Source of the DNA: Felis catus
Taxonomy: Eukaryota
DNA length: 64,000 nucleotides
Direction of reading: 5' to 3'
Assembly: GCF_018350175.1 (NCBI RefSeq)
Contig: NC_058368.1
Coordinates: 221,900,001 to 221,964,000, forward strand
The notes beneath the pieces are model-generated. The model was not told the origin of the DNA. It did not search any database and saw only the letters and a list, made by a program, of their open reading frames with translations. How positions within the stretch are numbered: the first letter of the stretch is position 1; every line of letters begins with the position of its first letter. This document shows, piece after piece, positions 22,791 to 35,471 of the stretch. Made by a program: the position numbers and the translations under genes.

Positions 22791-23832
22791 TAAGGGGAAA
22801 TAGTGGTCAGTAAAAGTAGCAGGTTTGAAGGATAAACTCTTTTTCATTTATGTGTATGTACAACAGGTGCTAAAATATGACCAGCAGCCCCCTGGAAATG
22901 TGAGAATGAAGTAGAGGAAATAGTTAAGCTGCAGATCCTATTATGTTACTCTCAAGAGAAAATGATCTTGAAATATTAATCATTGTGCTTTGTATACCTC
23001 CTGCTCCTTCCCTTTCCATTTGAACGGTTTGAAGCACCTTGAAAATGCCTAGATCATCATAGCGGAAATGCAAAGGAAAAGGCACAACTCCTATTTTTTA
23101 AAATATGTAACCAGACTCTTCATGTCTAAATAATACAGAAGGGATACGAATATCCAACTAATCTGCTAGAATACTTTAGAAAAGACGATGGAGAGGAAAT
23201 AAAGAAATCATCAGAGGCCCATGTAAGAGTAAAGGAGAATCACATAGAATCCGAATGGGGTAGAGAAGGTGATGGGTCACGGCCTTGAAGGGAGCCCGGT
23301 GTCCAAACTGAAGGATATAACCTGAGGCCTGTGGATGAGAGCCTCAAAGGACAGCAGAACCATATGTAGTCGCACAAGTGGGAGAGAAATTAACACCTTG
23401 GCAATGTTAACTCCCCATTTGAGCAAGCAGCTTACCTCCCCTCTGGGCTTCACCTTCTTACAGAAAAAAATGTTTTCCATCAACTGTTTCCTGTACATCA
23501 GCAGAGATTTTTTCAATAGAAAGATGTCCTCCCATGCACTGTTCTTTGTTTGTTTGTTTGCTTGTTTCTGCCTTGTATGAGTAAATGCCTCTCTGCCACA
23601 GCCAAAACATTTGTAAGAATTACCAAAGCACAGAGCCCTTGATGTCATCAGAGGGAACTGTGGTAAAAGGAACGTTGGAAAGTAGAGGGGCTTGGCCTGG
23701 GGAAACAAACTCATTATATTACACAATTCGGTCGTTAATCTTATAGTGAAATATTGCCACTTAATTGCCCAATCTCTGCAAGTGCTGTCTTTCTCAAATT
23801 TAGTACAGTCTGAGTGAAACAGAACAATTCTT

Positions 23833-24058
23833 TTTTTTTTTTTTTAATGTTTATTTATTATTGAGAGACAGAGAGAGACAGAGCATGAGCATGGGAGGGG
23901 CAGAGAGAGAGAGGGAGAATCCAAAGTAGGCTCCAGGCTCCGAACTGTCAGCACAGAGCCTGATGCGGGGCTCGATGCGGGGCTTGCCCTCACAAACCAC
24001 GAGATCCTGACCTGAATCGACGTTGGATGCCCAACGGACTGAGCCACCCAGGCACCCC
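23833..24058 (-). mobile_element. Can-SINE with internal 12-bp tandem duplication
   Basis: 17-bp TSD gaaacagaacaattctt (23816-23832 / 24059-24075). Confidence 0.97.
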
Positions 24059-24149
24059 GAAACAGAACAATTCTTATGTAACCACCTCATGTCCTCACAT
24101 AGAATGAGATCTATAATGGATACTTAATCACAATTATTGACTTAAAGTT

Positions 24150-24455
24150 GTAGGTGTAGAAATAAGGACAAATGTTAGTCAAAAGGTGCAAACTTTCAGT
24201 TATATAAGATAAATAAGTTCTGATATTTTAATGTGAAACATAGTTAATAATACTTTATTGTATCCTTGAAATTTGCTAAGAGTAAATCTTAGATGGACTC
24301 ACCACGAACATAAAAAAAAGGGAATTATTTGTAGTGATATGAGTGTTAACTAACTTTATTGTGGCAATCATCACTGTATGTATTATCATCAGTTTGTAGC
24401 CTTAAACTTACACAATGTTACATGTTAATTATATTTCAATAAATCTGGGGAAAAA
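24150..24455 (+). mobile_element. L1MA9/L1_Carn-like 3' end
   Basis: ttagtcaaaaggtgcaaactttcagttat...ccttaaacttacacaatgttacatgttaattatatttcaataaatctggggaaaaa. Confidence 0.85.
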
Positions 24456-25329
24456 CCCTTGTAAATTAGGGTTCCAATATATTCCTTGAAAATTAAAAAA
24501 AAATCCTATGTAGATTTATACGCCATTCTGAAAAAGACTGACTTAAAAAGGAAGTACAAAGACATGAAAAAAGTATTAGTATAAAAAGGACCGTTCCCTC
24601 CTTTCTTACTCTTTTCCACTTACTTTGCTTAGCAGCTCTCTCTGTGAGACCAGGAAATTGTCTTCAAACATAAAAAAATACTCAAAGAAAGAGAGTATAA
24701 AAACTAGCTTGAGTTAGCCTCTGAAATATTTCAAAATCTATGCTCATCTTTTTTTTTTTTTTTGTCTGTTTTTTTCTTCTTCCTTCTTCTTTAGGTATTC
24801 ACTTCCTTGGTACTTCATTTTTCAGTCTTTCTTTGATTTATATTTAAAAGCCAGGGTAAGATGAATGCATTTGGAACTTAAATATTTTTAAGAAAAACTT
24901 GGCTAGCAGAGGGATGCCTAGGGATCAGTAGGGGGAAAGCTGCAATGTTTGCTCACACAGTTTTAGGAGCTGGTCTTTCACCACCTCGAGGTGACCAATT
25001 TAGTAACCCCCACTGTGCGGTGATAGCTGATGGAAGTGTGCTTTGCATGTGAATCTCATGCCTCAGAACTGGTATCAGGAAATGTTTGAGAATGTTTTGT
25101 TTGACCTTTGAGTTTTTGACTAATGGATAAAAAATATGCTTCTCTTTCTCTCTCTCTCAGTTTAGGAAATGTTGGTCTCAGGGACTTCTTATTGTATTTC
25201 TAAAACAAGAAAGCAAATGTCAGTATGTTCTTACACCAAATTGAGACCTATCTGCCCTTTTATTTAATCTCTTTGGGAAATAAAAAGAAGCCTCTGAGAT
25301 TAATAACTTATACTAATATCTTGTTATGG

Positions 25330-25530
25330 TGTTTAGATTATGGGTTCTGAATTTAGATTGAGTGAAATTTCTATCTGCGTCCTGCTAAGTTTGTGAATTT
25401 TGTTTGTTTCCTCTTCCAAAAAATTGTGATGGATAGTAGCAGTGCCAACGATAACATACGATTTTCAATAATGAAACAATTTATTTAAGGCTCTAATTTA
25501 TATTCTAACATATGTAAGCACTCAAAAATC
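25330..25530 (+). mobile_element. MIR fragment
   Basis: Degenerate MIR body ending ...aacatatgtaagcactcaaaaat. Confidence 0.5.
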
Positions 25531-25557
25531 TTGGTTTTGGTACAATTATTATTTTAA

Positions 25558-25584
25558 TTTTTTTAATGTTTATTGATTTTTGAC

Positions 25585-25616
<32 letters not shown>

Positions 25617-25785
25617 GATGAGCAGGGGAGGGGCAGAGAAAGAGAGGGAGACACAGAATGGGAAGCAGGCTCTAGGCTCTGAGCTGTCAGCACAAAGCCC
25701 GATGAAGGACTGGAGCTCACAGACCACAAGATCATGACCTGAGCTGAAGTCAGTCGCTCAACCGACTGAGCCACCCAGGTGCCCC
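25558..25785 (-). mobile_element. Can-SINE
   Basis: 18-bp TSD gtacaattattattttaa (25540-25557 / 25787-25804). Confidence 0.97.
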
Positions 25786-26016
25786 TGTACAATTATTATT
25801 TTAAAATGAAAATGAAGGTTGGAGGAATGAAGACATTTATGAAGTTTCAAACGACTATCACATCCAGTTGTGTTTCAATGTCACCCTTTAGGTTTTGAAT
25901 TTACCTTCAAAGCTTTTATTTTATACTCCTTAACTCAGAAAACCCCACATCTATTTTTAAAAATCAAATTCATTCTTCTCAAAATATGATTTACTATTTA
26001 AAAATTGTCATAAATA

Positions 26017-26229
26017 GGGGCTCCTGGGTGGTTCAGTTGCTGGAGAGTCTGACTTCAGCTCAGGTCATGATCTCATGGTTCTTGAGTTCGAGCCCCATGT
26101 TGGGCTTTCTATCGATGGCATAGAGTCCACTTCAGATCCTAGGTCTCCCTCTCTCTCTGCCCCTGCCCCTGCTCGTGCTGTCTCTCTCTCTCTCTCTCTC
26201 TCTCAAAAATAAACAAACATTTAAAAACC
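26017..26229 (+). mobile_element. Can-SINE
   Basis: 13-bp TSD attgtcataaata (26004-26016 / 26230-26242). Confidence 0.97.
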
Positions 26230-27269
26230 ATTGTCATAAATAAAATATTGATAATCAACAGGACGTAATACAACTCTATAATCCTGGGTAGAATTAATCA
26301 ATGTTTGTAACCCTGATATTTTGGATTAAAAGACAGAAGCCTAGCTATAAACGTGAAAATATTTAGACTTTTCTATGAGTTGGATTTTAAAGTCCTTGAG
26401 GATTGTGCTGTGTCACCAATACCAACACAGGCCATGGCATATATTAAGAATTCAATAAATACTGCAAAATAGATTTGACCTCAGACAATATGCTAGTTTG
26501 GTTATCTAATGATTTCTGTGTATTGCTACACCATTAGATTGATGATGGACATTAGCAAGATAAGTATCATAGTTAAAATTGACGAAGTATCTTCTCTGTA
26601 ATAATTTCATCAACTTTGAATTATTCTTAAATGAATTATTTGACGTCTAAAAATTACTGAAGCAAAAGATTTTCAGGAGAATGTATGATATGGATAACCA
26701 TGAACTGAATAATGAGAAAGTTATCTCCCATGTACCCAATCCTGTATTTCAGAAAAAGGATGTATATGAAGAGGTAAATATGCAACTTTTTTGTTCAAGT
26801 AGTGGTTAGCATGAAGTGGAAAATAATGTTACTCCATTGTAACTAGCACGGCAACCTAAAATTAAAGATTAATAGCTGTCCTTTTTCCCCCTCTCAAAAA
26901 TAGCTTTTATGTAACTATTACCCAAAATGAGGAACATCAATACTTTATATTGACTGATCCTATTTATTATTTATAGTGATTTTTAGCAATAAAATTTGTG
27001 ATTACCTTAAGATATTAGCAAAAATGTTGACTTATAGTAAGACTTATTTATTTAGAAGTGATTGTAATTATCTTATGTGGTGTTTTTAGATAGATTATAT
27101 CGTTTCCTCTTAAAAATATTCTAGTTCATTTTTGATATGTGGACAAGAAAATATCATACAGCAACATAACTAAGTATGTAGTTTCACGGACAAATAACAG
27201 TGTAAATTAAAATAATTGAGGAACAGAATGGGAAAAATGTGTCAAAAAAAACTTCCTCTAAGAGTATCC

Positions 27270-27808
27270 TATCTACTCAGTTGTGTAAGTCTCACAAAGT
27301 ACGTGGGGTTTTTCTTCAAAACCTCTCTCCAGTGCATGTGTTTCTATAGTATAAAACCAGAACAGTTTAAAATATTTCTTGGGTGAACAGATTCCAAATC
27401 CACTTTTTTATACTTCCAATATCTTTAAATGAATCCCAAGTGATATTTTTAAATAGCAATATTAATATTTCATATCATACTTTGGGTCAAAAAGATCAGC
27501 TTCATTCATTCATCAGAAAAAAATCATCAGCTCCCTGCTGGTCTTAGGTAAACATTCAAAAAATTTACCATGGTCTATGAGGTCTTAAATAATCTGACCC
27601 CCACTCTCAGTTCCAGCCTATACAATTCTCTTTCATCTCTCTTTTCTCTCTTTTGGAAATTTCCTTCAAACAGACATGATCCCTGTCAGTACAAAACATT
27701 TGCTGATAATATTCCATTTCTCTTAAATATCCTTCCTTCCTTCCTTCCTTCCTTCCTTCCTTCCTTCCTTCCCTCCTTCCTTCTTTCCTTCCTTCCTCCC
27801 TTCTTTCC

Positions 27809-27856
<48 letters not shown>

Positions 27857-28316
27857 TGACACAACATTTTTGGCTACATAACATCATATAGCATCATATA
27901 CGTATACATAACATAATGTAAACTTCTCAGCTCATTTGACATTTCCTTTCTGATGATTTTTTGAATTCCAAAATTAGATCATTCAACTCATAACGTCTAG
28001 TATTTTCCTTTAATTATACTTAAAAATTATTTACTTATAAGTGTGTTTGTTCAATTGTTTAGTTAGTATCACTAACTGCCCCACTGGACTTGTGGCTCAA
28101 TGAAAAAAGACAGCATGCTTATTTTTCTCACTATTGTATCTTTGATGCTTTGTATTGTGCCAACAAAATAATCAGCTCTTAGTGTATATGTATATGTAGT
28201 ACATGTATACATATATACATATACATGTGTATATTTACTACATATAGTATATATGTATTTGGATATATATGTGTATGTATATATGTATGGATAATAGAAT
28301 GAATGGATGAATAAAC
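27270..28316 (+). mobile_element. L2 LINE 3' fragment (degenerate)
   Basis: ttaccatggtctatgaggtcttaaataatctgacccc and terminal gaatgaatggatgaataaa are typical of L2. Confidence 0.6.
27730..27857. repeat. (CCTT)n-(CTTT)n compound polypyrimidine microsatellite
   Basis: Direct reading. Confidence 0.98.
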
Positions 28317-28439
28317 TAACGGAGTAGAATGAAGTTTTGCTTGCAAATTACTAATTCACCTTTTGTCATAAGGCTTGCTGTAAGAAAATAGGGTGGATAG
28401 AACATCATGCTTGGTCCAGGACAAGACACGTGATATTTT

Positions 28440-28675
28440 GGCTTACTCTTTTGTGCTCTAAACCCTGCCATGAGAAAAGATAATGCAGGTATTCATGATC
28501 CCAGAATGTGGTTACCTATAAAGAGGACTTGAACCCAAACCAGAGCTTAGCATCAAGTAGCTGTTCTGAGTGGAGCTCATCAGACCCAGAGCTGACCCCC
28601 CGCATACCTAAGTGAGAAACAAATTCTTTGTATAAGCTACTCAGTGTTCAGATTGTATTTGTAATAGCTGAATAA
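28440..28675 (+). mobile_element. Old MLT1 LTR 3' fragment
   Basis: gtgagaaacaaattctttgtataagctactcagtgttcagattgt...aatagctgaataat resembles the MLT1H-J terminus. Confidence 0.5.
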
Positions 28676-29559
28676 TTTATAATTTCTAGTAATTTGTGAT
28701 TATAGTAATAATTTATACTGGGAAACAAGGCCATTTATTGAAATTAGACAATATATTTTCACATATTTTAGCTTTATATATAACATTTATATATAAGGAT
28801 GCTATATTATTATATTTATATAATAAATATAAATCATTATTATATAATATATAAACGAATTACTTCTTGCTATCTAAATAAGAACAATATTCTGACACTC
28901 ATTGAAATAACTTAATAAAAACTTATAAAGAATGAGTTGAATTCTTTTTACACTTGTCAAGAAGACTGTTTTCCTGATTTTACTCTCTTACTTCTTTCAA
29001 ATTACAGCCGTATTAAACGGAATATTGTTTTATTCTTCGTAGCTAAATACGTGCAATGGAAGAAGTTGAACCTTGTGGATTCCTTGAAATTCTTGCTTTC
29101 ATCTTCTGAACCATATAACTCTGTTTGGTAGAGGAACATCTTTAAAACATGAACTAAGGCTAGGTTTTATTTTCCCTTGCTCCCTTCCAAGAATCGAAGA
29201 GTAATTGGAACAATAAGCTTATGTTCTTCAGCTCTCACTGTACTGCTTTAGCGAATTGCTATTACTTCATAAGAAGGCAGACAGTACAATGGCTACCCAC
29301 AGGGCATGTGTTTCTGATGAATGACAAGTGTGGGATGCCTCAGTCATTAAAAACTCCAGGCAGAATCTATTCCTAGAAACACATGCTGATGCTCACAGGC
29401 AGTGGTGCATAATAGCAAGAAATGAATAAGAATTATCCTTTTTTTTTCCTATGGCACATTCATTTCAAGTTTTCCATAAGGGTATATTTTAGGTTCACTG
29501 GTTTCTAAATGCTGTATCATATCAACATCTAGTTTATGAGTCTCTTTTTGGACTTCTTT

Positions 29560-29955
29560 GAACTGCAAGAAACTTAAATGGCATCTAATCCACTTTCATA
29601 AAATGTTTGGGGGCTTTAAAATATACTGATGCTTGGGGCACCTGGGTGCCTCGAGTTCGACTTACTTCGACTTAGGTCATAATCTCACAGTTCATAGGTT
29701 CGAGCCCTGCATCAGGCTCGCTGCTGTCAGGGTGGAGGGATCCCGGAGACTACTTCAGATTCTGTCTCCCTGTCTCTCTGTTCCTCCCCCACTCACACCC
29801 TGTCTCTCTCTCAAAAATAAATAAACACTATTTTTTTTTAATTCTACTGATGCTCAAACCCACTCCAGGCAAACTCTAGTCATTGAACTCTAGCAGGAAT
29901 ATATTTTTCAAAACTCTCAGATTAATTTTCATATGCATTCAGGTTTGAGAGCCTT
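29560..29955. mobile_element. MER5A-like hAT-Charlie relic split by a SINE
   Basis: gggctttaaaatatactgatgct | caaacccactccag...tttttcaaaactctcagattaattttcatatgcattcaggtttgagagcc. Confidence 0.6.
29634..29844 (+). mobile_element. Can-SINE
   Basis: TSD tactgatgct (29624-29633 / 29845-29854). Confidence 0.93.
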
Positions 29956-29959
29956 GATT

Positions 29960-30075
29960 CTAGTCTAATCCCTTTATTTCATTGAAGGGGAAACCGAGGC
30001 CCAGAAAAGAAGTATGGTTTACCCAGGATGACCAAGGAAAACAGTATGAATGTTAGTAAGACCTCCTAGTCCCAT
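29960..30075 (-). mobile_element. MIR fragment
   Basis: ggggaaaccgaggcccagaaaag...tttacccaggatgacc antisense core. Confidence 0.7.
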
Positions 30076-30177
30076 AGAATACTGTTTCTTCAAATATAAG
30101 TAAAGAAAGCATCCTCTTAAACAGCATCATTTTATCTATGACTGTTTTCATCCGTATCAGCAAATATTAAGTCAAAG

Positions 30178-30330
30178 TTTATTTTTTTAAGTTTATTTAT
30201 TCATTTTGAGGGAGACAGAGAGCAAGCAGGGGAGGGGCGTAGAGAGAGGGACTGGGGATCCAAAGTGGACTCTGGGCTGATAGCAGAGAGCCAGATGTGG
30301 GCTCACACACACAAACCATGAGATACATAC
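30178..30330 (-). mobile_element. 5'-truncated or decayed Can-SINE
   Basis: Tail and body present; head missing after aaaccatgagat. Confidence 0.85.
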
Positions 30331-32035
30331 CTGTAATTTGAGTTAGTAAATATATTTCAGAAACACCAAGTTCAAAATGAAAATTATTTCCTGTTTAAAT
30401 GTAATGTGAAGCTTCTTATGATGTAATACGTATTCCTTTTTTGCTTTAGATATAATCCGGGATTTGACTCAAGTTTATTGAGCACAACGCATCCCACATA
30501 ACTGAGAAAGTTCTTAAGTAGGTCTGTGGCATTTGTTTTAATTATGGTGAAGACTATGGAGAAAAAAAAGTGAAAATAGCAGAAAGCAAAAAAAAAAAAA
30601 GGTGAAGAGGATTGTTTATGTAAGTGAAGTAACAATAAAAATTGTGTGATTTTGGATTAAATACATATATACATGACTGGAAAATATGTGTAAGTAAACA
30701 TTGAAAAGGAGTCGGAAGAATAGATATTGTCTTTGTAAACTGACCTCTTCTAGATTAACAGAGCTATAACTGGTGGTGAATTAAAGTATTTTTAATAGAT
30801 TTTACCAAATCTTTCTGTAGTCATGCTTCTTTCTATAGAATTACAATGTAAGTAAAACAAAAAACTGAAAATAATTTATATATTTGATCCATGGAAAAAC
30901 AAGAAAGCAAAGAGGCTTAAAAACAAGCCTCCACAATGAACTGAATGAACTGACATTTTCAAAATTTCCCTTTTAAAAGAAGAATGTGCTGTAATTGAAT
31001 ATTGTATAACTCAGCATCTCATATTATCATGGAGGTTTCTGTTTTTCACAAATTCTATCAATCCACTTATTTAGTCACAAAGAATGCAGACAATGACCTC
31101 ACAGGATAGTGAATCTCACCACTATTACTAAGCGCTCCCTGGGGAAAAGCAATGATTTGCATTATTGAACAAATCTTATTAACGATGATAGTGTTAATAA
31201 CACTATCAGAATCCAATGTTATCTAAGTCAGATGACTGGAAAATTCAGAAGTGTCCGAAAGAGCCCTTCGTTTTTCGCCATGTTTCTAAATGTATCTCTC
31301 AGAGGGCTGGGGCTGTCCAATGCCCCTTTCACTGCAACAAGGTCATTTTTAATGAACAAAAGTTAATTAGGCCCAAATGTATCTCTTTTGGTGTAGCTGG
31401 TGCTATCACAATTTGAATAGTCTCAGACTGTGGGCATAGGGAGGAAAAATTAGAAGTGTATCTCACTAGCAATGTCAATCTAGTATTTTTAATGAAAGAA
31501 ATTCCACTGGGAGCGTAAGGAAAGGAATATGAAAGGCCTAGAAATTATTTAAGGGGAAAGAGGACAGGAAATTGGCAGAATGAATATAAAGGGACTATAC
31601 AGTGGAATAGAATATATACTAAAAAATGATTATGGAAGGCAGTTGAATGTGAATGTTAAACACAGATTCTAAAGCATTGCTGAGAGCAATTCTTGATGTC
31701 CTGATTAAACACACACGCACGCACACACACGTACACACGATGTTGAAATAGGAGCACTTTGACAGTCTCGGTTAATCCATATGTCAGCATAACCTTGATC
31801 AGCTTCAACTGAGTTTATTTGTTCACTTATTACCACAATATGTTAACAAGATTGCCTTTTCTGTTTCTTCTAAACATTAGTCATATGAGTTTTCAGCTGT
31901 CTCTTCAGAATGACTTACCAGTTATTTGCCATGGGAATATGATTATCTATTAATAGGAAATAGGGAATGAGACAGAGAATGAAGACGAATTTTTATGAAA
32001 TAATAGATGTGGAAATATGAACTGGTTTACTACAA

Positions 32036-32111
32036 CAGATCAAACCGTATAAAACTGCTCTTTTTTGGATAAAAATTGTCAATTACCAGCAATTCTGTGT
32101 GATTCAGCACA
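32036..32111. mobile_element. MADE2-like mariner-derived miniature element
   Basis: About 80 bp with degenerate inverted ends (aaaccgtataaaactgc ... gcaattctgtgtgattc) matching remembered MADE2. Confidence 0.55.
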
Positions 32112-33229
32112 GGAAGAGGGACAACTGTATTTGGGAATGATAGAAATACACAAAGACGTACCTAAATCATGGGATTTAATTCTATAAGCAAGACATATCA
32201 GCACATGCCTTCACAGAAATCATTTCATAATAAGCTTCCTTTCAAAGAAGTTCTAAGAAGCCCCTCTCATCATCTCAATTCTGCTGACTATGACATCAAA
32301 TTTTAAGTGTTATCCAGATCCTTTGAATCAGCACCTGGTACACTGACTTCTTCCTCCTCTTATCCTCTGCCCTCTAGAGTCATTGAAAAATGATTCTTCA
32401 GCAGCCTGCTCTCAAGATCTGTTTGCCTTCAAGCACAGCCTCGTTTTTACTTTTATTATTTAACTGAGAAACGTTGCCCGTGTATTCCTGAACTCTGGTG
32501 TTTCTTATATCCACAGCAAAAAAGATATGAAGAAGTCTACTTTTAAAACAAAGCAAAAATTTAGAAAAAATCAAATGTACTCAATTGCAATATATTTTCT
32601 TAAAAATGTGAACTTAGAGATTTGAAATAAAACTTTAAGAATCACTATTAATCCTGTGGTTCGTTTTTCAGCACCCTTTAGAATTGGTGTGGAAGTTGAA
32701 GGTGAGGCATCATAGAAAATGGAGGGTAGATTGGACAAAATTGATTTTTTTTAACATTTGAAGAAGATGCATATAAAGTGTAACATTTTGAACAAGCAGG
32801 GAGTCAAATTTCTAAATGATTCAATTTTACTAAACATGCATAATTATTTTCTGTTTTTAATATTAGTGAGAGAAAAATAAAAATTATAGATAGAATACAG
32901 GAAAAACCATGAAGCATATAATACGGCATTTTCCTAGTATGCTTAATGTGGGAGGATTAACATTATTTAGTTTCTATAAGTGATGGCTTCATTTCAGTAT
33001 CTATCTTTAAATAAATTATTACTCACAAAATCTTAATAATGATATAATCTCAATTATCTATTGTGGCTCTGAAATGTATCAGGAGTGTATCTAATTAGTC
33101 TTTACTAAGCTTTATCATTGTAAATATTTTTAAACTATACCATGCTATGATTAATTGGAAAGAAAATTAAAAAAAGAATATTGTAGTATATTAAGACTAT
33201 TGAATAATTTCAAATCTGATTTAGAATTG

Positions 33230-33420
33230 GGGAAAGTAGTGAGGTCTGATAATAGAATACAAGATGCTATTTCTAAACTAGAATTGCTCTGCCTATTTTA
33301 GTTTCTGTTGGTAAATTTCAGCACATTACTTAACCACTCAGTTATTGGATTTCTTATGTTTAAAGTGAAGAGGTCAAAAATTCACGACTCCCTTAACAGT
33401 TCATAAATTTTGACTATTTT
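33230..33420 (+). mobile_element. MIR fragment
   Basis: ctctgcctattttagtttctg...cattacttaaccactcag...ttaaagtgaagagg. Confidence 0.5.
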
Positions 33421-34779
33421 TCCAAGTTACATAAACAAGACATTTTTAAATTACACACTGTCATTATTTTAACCAAGCATACTTTTTATTGATGTAAATT
33501 TGTTAGGAAATTCTAGCTGTATTAAATAAGGAACTTTATTATTTTCCATTGAGTATTCCCAAAAGGCTAACATGTTTCATTTCTCAGAAAAACTCAATAG
33601 CACATCAAGAAAGAAAATAATCAGTGTAAATTTATCTTGAAAGTTGCTGTCTGTAAAGGTGTGATTATTTGTTGCTCCACAAAATAACAGGCTGACATTT
33701 ATGGTTCCTAAATCAATCCAATGTTGGAAAATAATGTTCTTTGTAAATCCAGGTAGAGAACAGCGCTGAATTCTCAAATGTATATTAAGGCTTTTATATA
33801 CTTTATCTAGCTATTTATTTTCTGTTTACAACAACAGATGAAGTGTAGTTGTCAAAAATATTTTGTGTAGATTTTATAACTTGTTTTAATACATGTGAAT
33901 TCACGAATCCATACATTGTTATTGAAGAGCCTTATGTCTAAGACTTTGCACTTGACATTTTGGTGATATGACATACATTCTATTCTTATGTGACAGTAGG
34001 AAACACAAGAAATATAATTGCATTCCAGTAAAAGATAGCATTAGCCTGATAATAAGGGACTACTATGGACAGTAAATAAAATGTAAAGGAGAAATGGGAA
34101 CACCACAAGCAAAAGTAACACGGCTGGACTTGAGAAAGATTACTGAGCTTGGTCTTTAAGAACAGATAGGCCCAAATAGAGAATAAGAGCAAAGAGTGCA
34201 TGTTACATGTAGGATGCACTGAGACAGACAAATAAGCAATCTGGAAAAAAAAAAAACAAACAACAAACAACAACAACAAAACTATGTGGGTGGTGATGTG
34301 ATGCAGTTAGGACAGACTTGACTTAGTTAGGTATCTAGGTTCAAATCATCACTCCAATCTGAATGGATTTTTTGTTTTTAACTTCAGTTGTCTCATGTCT
34401 CGATTTATCTCATTTGGTGATAATCGTGAGACAGATAAATTCAATCCTATTATAGATATAAAGTGATTGGATAGTGCCTGGCATTAATTAATAATGAATT
34501 CCCATTAACTATCATAACCATTTGGTGGAACAACTCAGAAGACATTTGCTTGTGAAAATGTTGAAATACTCGCTAAATGGTTTGGTATCATCACAATTGT
34601 CTAGAGAATGACATTTAAAAAATTTTTAATTAGAAATTTTAATTCATGGCATTGTATATTAGTCATTAAGGCTGATTATAGCAGAATGGGTAAAAGAAAT
34701 AAATAGCAAAAAAAAAAAAAAAAGTTGAGCAGTGCTGGTGAACAAGGATCCATAGGTCTAGGCACCTGAATACGGAAAT

Positions 34780-34980
34780 TGATGAGAGCTTAGAGTCAGG
34801 GTGGACTCCAAAATTTAGAAGGAGAATGACTGAAGGGAAAGATCCTTGACAGAAGTGAGAAAATCATAATGAAAAGCTGGTTTTAGCAGAAAGGCAAAGA
34901 TTTTAGCTTGATATATTTTATGTTTGAGATGACATCTAATGTCAGCGTATCTGCCAATTTAAGTTAGAGATGTGTTTTCA
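34780..34980 (-). mobile_element. L2 fragment
   Basis: gattttagcttgatatattttatgtttgagatgacatct resembles antisense L2. Confidence 0.45.
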
Positions 34981-35059
34981 TTGTGTCAGGTAACTTTCAC
35001 CATGTTTTTGGAGCCTCATGATAGACATGGGACACTATACAAACAAAACCTGGAAAAAA

Positions 35060-35160
35060 AATCCTTTTTACAGATGGTAAGTTAAGGAAATTGAGACCCA
35101 GTGAGTTGAATTACCCACAGAGTCAGGTCCCCTAACTCCCAGGACACTATCTTTCTATTC
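35060..35160 (-). mobile_element. MIR fragment
   Basis: ttttacagatg...ggaaattgagacccagtgagttgaattaccca. Confidence 0.55.
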
Positions 35161-35471
35161 TATCTAGTGATTATATGGAGGACGATATTAGGATTTGAGA
35201 ATAATCGCAAATATTAGGAAACATGACCACTGTCCAATATAAGTCAACCTCCTGGTGGAGTGTGGCTACTACTTGAAGGAGAATTTTTAAAGAGAAATTT
35301 TTAAAGTGTGACTACTACTTTAAGGAAATTTTTTAAAGAGAAAATCCAAACATCATTATTTAACAATTTATATAAAACTTTGCATTTTCTCTATATTAGA
35401 AGAAACCCATTTAGTAAATACTTAGGAAAAATTTGCAATCAAAGTAAGTTTATTAAATGACATAAAGAGTT

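Noticed and set aside
23277..23726. 149-aa minus-strand ORF
   Set aside because: Non-ATG start, includes a (AAAC)n low-complexity stretch, has no recognisable domain and no splice support.
28740..28860. Extremely AT-rich self-complementary-looking stretch
   Set aside because: Low-complexity TA-rich sequence; the apparent symmetry is compositional.
29025..29131. Acceptor-like ttgttttattcttcgtag followed by a short open frame
   Set aside because: Donor (ttg|gtagag) is poor and the peptide is unrecognised; insufficient support.
35260..35343. Direct repeats considered as a CRISPR-like array
   Set aside because: Only two degenerate adjacent copies with no unique spacers, in mammalian DNA.
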